From the NCBI GenBank assembly GCA_020348445.1, contig CP070751.1, forward strand, positions 4,876,506 to 4,940,505: a DNA stretch of 64,000 bases, in the 5' to 3' direction. The notes under the pieces are model-generated. The model did not search any database. It saw only the letters and a program-made list of their open reading frames with translations, and was not told the DNA's origin. Of this stretch, positions 59,623-64,000 are shown one piece after another; the first letter of the stretch is position 1, and each line of letters begins with the position of its first letter. This DNA is from Thermoplasmata archaeon (lineage in GTDB: Archaea; Thermoplasmatota; Thermoplasmata; GCA-020350865). The position numbers were made by a program, and so were the translations under genes.

Positions 59623-61533
59623 ATGGGCGTTGTGAGATTAGGAAAATTAGCATTAAGATGGTGTTTTGAGTGCAACCTTCCGATTCTTGAGTCAAAAGAA
59701 TGCGGAACATGCAACAGCGAAACGAACGAAGTTAGACTCACACCACCTGGAGATGTAAGACCTGCTTTTGATGAAGAACTGAGATTAATAAGGGCGCAAA
59801 TCGACGGTCAGTTTGGATCTGGATGCGGAAAAGAGCTTGTCCCAGAAGACAAAATAGTTGTTCTTAATAGGGCTCCGGCCTTGGATCGGATGGATGAGAT
59901 AATAATGGACGGCCGCGTTTTGGGTGCATTGCGCTACGATCCAGGGGAGAGATACAAGGTGATCCTTAGAATGCACGCGGCTCAGGCCATAGAAAAAAAC
60001 CTAACCAAGAACTGGGTGATCGTGGATCCTGGGGCCGTGAATCCAATAATGAAGGGGGCTAACGCCCTTTGTGTGGGCATAACAGATGCCCATCCAGATA
60101 TTGCATTTGGGGATGAGGCCGTGGTCCTTGATCCTGATAAGAATGTCATTGCATTGGGAAAAGCCATGTTGCCTGGAAAAGAGATGGTGGGAAACAAGGG
60201 TGTTGGAGTAAAAACCAGATGGCACGGCAGAGAGGAAGTATCCTTACTTCCCTCCGGTCGTACTTGGGAGGATGCTATTTCAGCTAATTCGTGGTTCTTC
60301 GAAAAAAAGGTTCCAAAGGCCATACAATTCATAAAGAGGGTTGTCGAAAGAGAGGATAAGGAAGTTGCCTGCTCCTTTTCAGGGGGAAAGGACAGCCTTG
60401 CCACTTTGCTGCTTGCACTGGATGCAGGACTTTCTCCTAAAATACTGTTTGTGGATACAGGATTGGAATTTGAGGAAACAAAATCCCATGTAGATGAAAT
60501 AGCCAAGATGTTCGACTTGGAGGTCGTAAAAGAAAACGCCCATGATGCCTTCTGGGAGAATGTCCCAAATTTCGGTCCTCCAGGCAAAGATTTTCGATGG
60601 TGCTGTAAAAGCTGTAAACTTGGTCCCACTGTAAGGCTCATATCAAAGCATTTTCCAGATGGTGTGGTATCTCTCATAGGCCAGAGAGCCTATGAATCTG
60701 AACAGAGGGCTAAAAAGGGCAGGATCTGGGAGAATCCCTGGGTCCCTGGTCAGCTAGGTGTGTCTCCAATTCAGGACTGGACTGCGCTGCATATCTGGCT
60801 CTATATCTTTTCCAAGAAGGTCCCTTATAATATATGGTACGAAAGAGGTCTTGAGAGGATAGGGTGCTTTATGTGCCCTGCATCAGACATGGCAGATTTG
60901 GAGATCGTAAAAAGCTATTCTTCTTCCTATGAAAAGTGGGGAAGATTTTTATCGGATTTCGCGGACGATAAAGGTTATCCAAAAGAATGGTTGGAATTTG
61001 GACTTTGGAGGTGGCGAAAACTTCCTGCGGGTATGCTGGATCTTGTAGAGAGGAAGGGTATCGATTTGAAGGGTAGAGAAAAAAAGCCCCCACCAGAGGG
61101 ACAAGGAAGAATCGAATTCTTATCAGCTGAGGGTTACCAGCCCTGTGAGGGAGGAGTGAGTATCGAAGGTGTTTTCACAAGAAACCTTGACATGGTCAGG
61201 ATCTCGAACCTCATGAATATTCTCGGTGATGTTAGCTATGATGATAAAACAAATTCATGCTCAATTGCGAATGTAGATGTTTTTGGAGAGGGAGGAATGG
61301 TGGTAAGGGGAAAGGATGAAAAAGATACAAAGAAGCTCATGAATGATGTCAGGGACACGATAGTAAGAGCGCATCTTTGTATAGGGTGCGGAATATGCAC
61401 TGGAAGATGTGATGAAGGTGCATTGAAATTGGATGAACAGGTTTATTTGGATGAAGAGAAGTGCATTCACTGTGGGGAGTGTTTGGGACCGTGTCCTGTT
61501 ATTGGTTATGGAGATAGGGAATTTGAGTTTTAA
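59623..61533 (+). CDS. PAPS-reductase-family protein with N-terminal zinc ribbon and PUA domain and C-terminal 2x[4Fe-4S] domain
   Basis: CFEC..CGTC; PUA (VDPGAVNPIMKGANALCVGI); PP-loop SFSGGKDS; WCCKSCK; RIGCFMCP; CIGCGICTGRC and CIHCGECLGPC. Confidence 0.9.
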   Translation: MGVVRLGKLALRWCFECNLPILESKECGTCNSETNEVRLTPPGDVRPAFDEELRLIRAQIDGQFGSGCGKELVPEDKIVVLNRAPALDRMDEIIMDGRVLGALRYDPGERYKVILRMHAAQAIEKNLTKNWVIVDPGAVNPIMKGANALCVGITDAHPDIAFGDEAVVLDPDKNVIALGKAMLPGKEMVGNKGVGVKTRWHGREEVSLLPSGRTWEDAISANSWFFEKKVPKAIQFIKRVVEREDKEVACSFSGGKDSLATLLLALDAGLSPKILFVDTGLEFEETKSHVDEIAKMFDLEVVKENAHDAFWENVPNFGPPGKDFRWCCKSCKLGPTVRLISKHFPDGVVSLIGQRAYESEQRAKKGRIWENPWVPGQLGVSPIQDWTALHIWLYIFSKKVPYNIWYERGLERIGCFMCPASDMADLEIVKSYSSSYEKWGRFLSDFADDKGYPKEWLEFGLWRWRKLPAGMLDLVERKGIDLKGREKKPPPEGQGRIEFLSAEGYQPCEGGVSIEGVFTRNLDMVRISNLMNILGDVSYDDKTNSCSIANVDVFGEGGMVVRGKDEKDTKKLMNDVRDTIVRAHLCIGCGICTGRCDEGALKLDEQVYLDEEKCIHCGECLGPCPVIGYGDREFEF

Positions 61534-61740
61534 GGATAGCTTCATGAAATTATGCTTTGATAATTCAATTTCTTTTTAAAATGAAAAAGTGTTAAACCGA
61601 ATCTATGATTATTAAAATCGTCAAAAAAGTTATATATCATGACTCGGCCAGCAATGATTAAAATTACCGTTAAAATTCTTTTATACCTTTATGAACTATC
61701 TATTTATTAAGCACATAAATTTCAAATAAAGGTGATAAAG

Positions 61741-63600
61741 ATGGACGACAAAAAATTATATGAAAATTGGATGACGATCATTATTGCCATATTATGTATA
61801 GTAATAATCTCTAACCCAGCGAGCTTAACTCATTACGAAATCAAAACAAATAATATGGACATGGAAACGGATGTGGATCCATCAACAGATTACGAGATAA
61901 ACGATTATGTGGGTATAGAGGCAAGAAATACTAGAGGGGGTGATAATAACTGGTTAGGGATTTGGACAACGAGGGCGCCGATGTCGATACACCGCCACGG
62001 AATTGGAGCTGCAGTTGTCAATGATAAGATTTATGTTCTTGGGGGTTACAATTTAGACATTAACGAGGAATATGATCCAGTAACCGATACTTGGACTACG
62101 AAATCTCCTATGCCTCATCCACATGCCTATCCTGGAGTAGCTGTGGTGAAAAATAAGATTTATGTGATGGGGGGTGATGAAGGTGGGGGTAGTGGTACCG
62201 CAATAGATGTTTATGATCCAATTACAGATAATTGGACTACAAAAGCACCCATGCCATCAAAACGTAGGTATTTTGGAGTTGGGGTTGTAGCCGATAAAAT
62301 ATACCTTATAGGTGGCGATGCATCTTCTTTAGAAGAAAATGAATCTGTTATGGAGTACGATCCGATTACAGAATTATGGACTAAAAAAACATCTATGCCA
62401 ATTATACGAGGAAAGTTGGGAGTGACAGTCCTAGATAATAAAATATATGCAATTGGCGGACAAGATGGTGATGGCTGGCAAGATGAGAACGAAACCCAGG
62501 TATATGATCCTGTAACTGATAACTGGACAATCAAAACTTCGATGTTAAGAGAAAATTCGTGGTTTGGGATTGGTGTCCTAGATAACAAAATACATATTGT
62601 AGGCGGAAGAGCAAGTGCTGGTGAAACACATTATGTATATGATCCTGTAACAGACACCTGGGCAGAGTCCCTTCCTATGCCAACTGGCCGTGATACTCTG
62701 GCTGTTGGGATTGTAAACAATGCATTATTCGCAATAGGCGGAAGAGGAGGAGGAGGGATTACTAAACAAAATGTAAACGAAGCATTCTACCCCAGTGGAG
62801 CAAATGATGACTTTGATAATGATGGATTGACAAACATTCAAGAGAATATGAACGGCACCTACCCAGATAATAAAGACACAGATGGCGATAATCTCGGTGA
62901 TGGATTTGAAGTAATTTTTTCAAAAACAAACGCATCCTTATGGGATACAAACGGAAATGGTATTGGTGACGGTCTGGAATTTATTCAAAACAAGGGTTAT
63001 TTGGGGTGGATCGAGAGTTTACCAGATGACTGGATTGGCATTACGATTACTTGGGACAATTATACTATACTGGCAAAAACAAACTCGTCTTTATTGGAAG
63101 GTGAATTTGATAAAGAAGAACACAAACTTAAGATCAAGGTATCAGGGCCCAATGGAACACAGGGAGTAACAGAAATCGAGGTACCAAAGAGTTTATGCGA
63201 ACCTGATGACATCGAAATCATGTTGGATGGGGAGCTGATAAATTACACAATTACCGAGAACGATACATATTACTATATTCACATCGAATATAACCACAGT
63301 ATTCATGATCTATCAGCGGATTTCAGTAAAATTGTTGAGGAACCAAGTGAATCTGAAGATGATGAAAAAGATCTATTCGCTAACATTTACTTGATAGCCT
63401 TGATTATTGCTCTCGTTATTATTATCCTATTATCAGTCGTTGTTATTAGAAACAGGGGTAAAAGTGAGGATATCGGGGTACAAGAGTTACCACCTGACCA
63501 ACTATCAATCCTGTTAGATAAAAAACACTCTGAAGGAAAATTATCGGATGAGACCTATAATGATGCTAAGTCATTATTAGAGAAATACCGCAGTGATTGA
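61741..63600 (+). CDS. Membrane-anchored Kelch-repeat protein with DxDxDG Ca-binding repeats and a SHOCT-like tail
   Basis: Six WTxxxPMxxxR...KIYxxGG blades; DFDNDGL, DTDGDNL, DTNGNGI; TM helix; LLDKKHSEGKLSDETYNDAK. Start set to ATG 61741, after the RBS GGTGA. Confidence 0.88.
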   Translation: MDDKKLYENWMTIIIAILCIVIISNPASLTHYEIKTNNMDMETDVDPSTDYEINDYVGIEARNTRGGDNNWLGIWTTRAPMSIHRHGIGAAVVNDKIYVLGGYNLDINEEYDPVTDTWTTKSPMPHPHAYPGVAVVKNKIYVMGGDEGGGSGTAIDVYDPITDNWTTKAPMPSKRRYFGVGVVADKIYLIGGDASSLEENESVMEYDPITELWTKKTSMPIIRGKLGVTVLDNKIYAIGGQDGDGWQDENETQVYDPVTDNWTIKTSMLRENSWFGIGVLDNKIHIVGGRASAGETHYVYDPVTDTWAESLPMPTGRDTLAVGIVNNALFAIGGRGGGGITKQNVNEAFYPSGANDDFDNDGLTNIQENMNGTYPDNKDTDGDNLGDGFEVIFSKTNASLWDTNGNGIGDGLEFIQNKGYLGWIESLPDDWIGITITWDNYTILAKTNSSLLEGEFDKEEHKLKIKVSGPNGTQGVTEIEVPKSLCEPDDIEIMLDGELINYTITENDTYYYIHIEYNHSIHDLSADFSKIVEEPSESEDDEKDLFANIYLIALIIALVIIILLSVVVIRNRGKSEDIGVQELPPDQLSILLDKKHSEGKLSDETYNDAKSLLEKYRSD

Positions 63601-63660
63601 AGGAAAATAGACAAATCCAAGAAAAATATTAAGGTAGTATAAAACCTTTCAATGTTACCT

Positions 63661-64000
63661 ATGAATTTGAAATCTAAATCTGAGAAATTAAATAATGATC
63701 TTAGACCTAAAATTGTCAACTACATTCAGATACATCCAGGTTCACCCTTTAGTGACATCCAAACTATTTTTGATCTTCCAGAAAGTACTCTCAGATATCA
63801 TCTAAGATATTTGGAAAAGAACGGCGAAATATATTCGGATTCTAAGAAGAGGATATATTATCCCACTGAACATAAGGAGAAAAATAGGATTAGCAATACT
63901 CAAATGTCATTGATTAATTCCATTAAAAAACATCCCGGCATAACGCAGAAGGAGCTTGCAGCCAAAACCAAGATAAATCGTTTAACTATTAGGAAGAATA
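63661..64000 (+). CDS. Double winged-HTH transcriptional regulator (COG3398-like), partial
   Basis: Manual translation: MNLKSK..RPKIVNYIQIHPGSPFSDIQTIFDLPESTLRYHLRYLEKNGEI..SIKKHPGITQKELAAKTKINRLTIRKN; open to the window end. Confidence 0.85.
   Translation, partial: MNLKSKSEKLNNDLRPKIVNYIQIHPGSPFSDIQTIFDLPESTLRYHLRYLEKNGEIYSDSKKRIYYPTEHKEKNRISNTQMSLINSIKKHPGITQKELAAKTKINRLTIRKN

Noticed and set aside
59982-60677. 231-aa antisense ORF within the PAPS-reductase-family gene
   Set aside because: It has no motif and is explained by the codon bias of the sense strand.

Overview
Archaeal chromosomal window, most consistent with an uncultured Thermoplasmatota (Thermoplasmata) lineage. Evidence: GGAGG/GGTGA ribosome-binding sites, TATA boxes about 25 nt before leaderless starts, archaeal Dph2, AlaX, short archaeal Prs, a thiolase/DUF35 pair, an HVO_0476-type zinc finger and a DUF6015-like protein. 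About 39 CDS can be supported. Four of them are missing from the supplied ORF track: a partial membrane protein at 1-430, zinc microproteins at 9351-9497 and 49054-49227, and a partial double wHTH regulator at 63661-64000. About 45% of the window encodes five large exported proteins: three NosD-type beta-helix proteins, a pyrolysin-like S8 protease and a Kelch protein. I found no rRNA, tRNA, CRISPR array, transposase or integrase. Best leads: (1) a two-gene CitF CoA-transferase plus citryl-CoA lyase unit without CitD/CitE or Ccs subunits in the window, joined in frame by a single TAG; (2) an identical cytoplasmic zinc-ribbon C-terminus (VQCPSCGIKGTLE) on two otherwise diverged surface proteins, differing only at synonymous sites; (3) a Dch-like hydratase/SDR/thiolase/DUF35 operon; (4) a CdpB-like PRC-barrel/wHTH/DUF6015 cluster; (5) a possible uORF attenuator before the 2914-aa surface protein. 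All family assignments come from recognising motifs by eye, with no database search.
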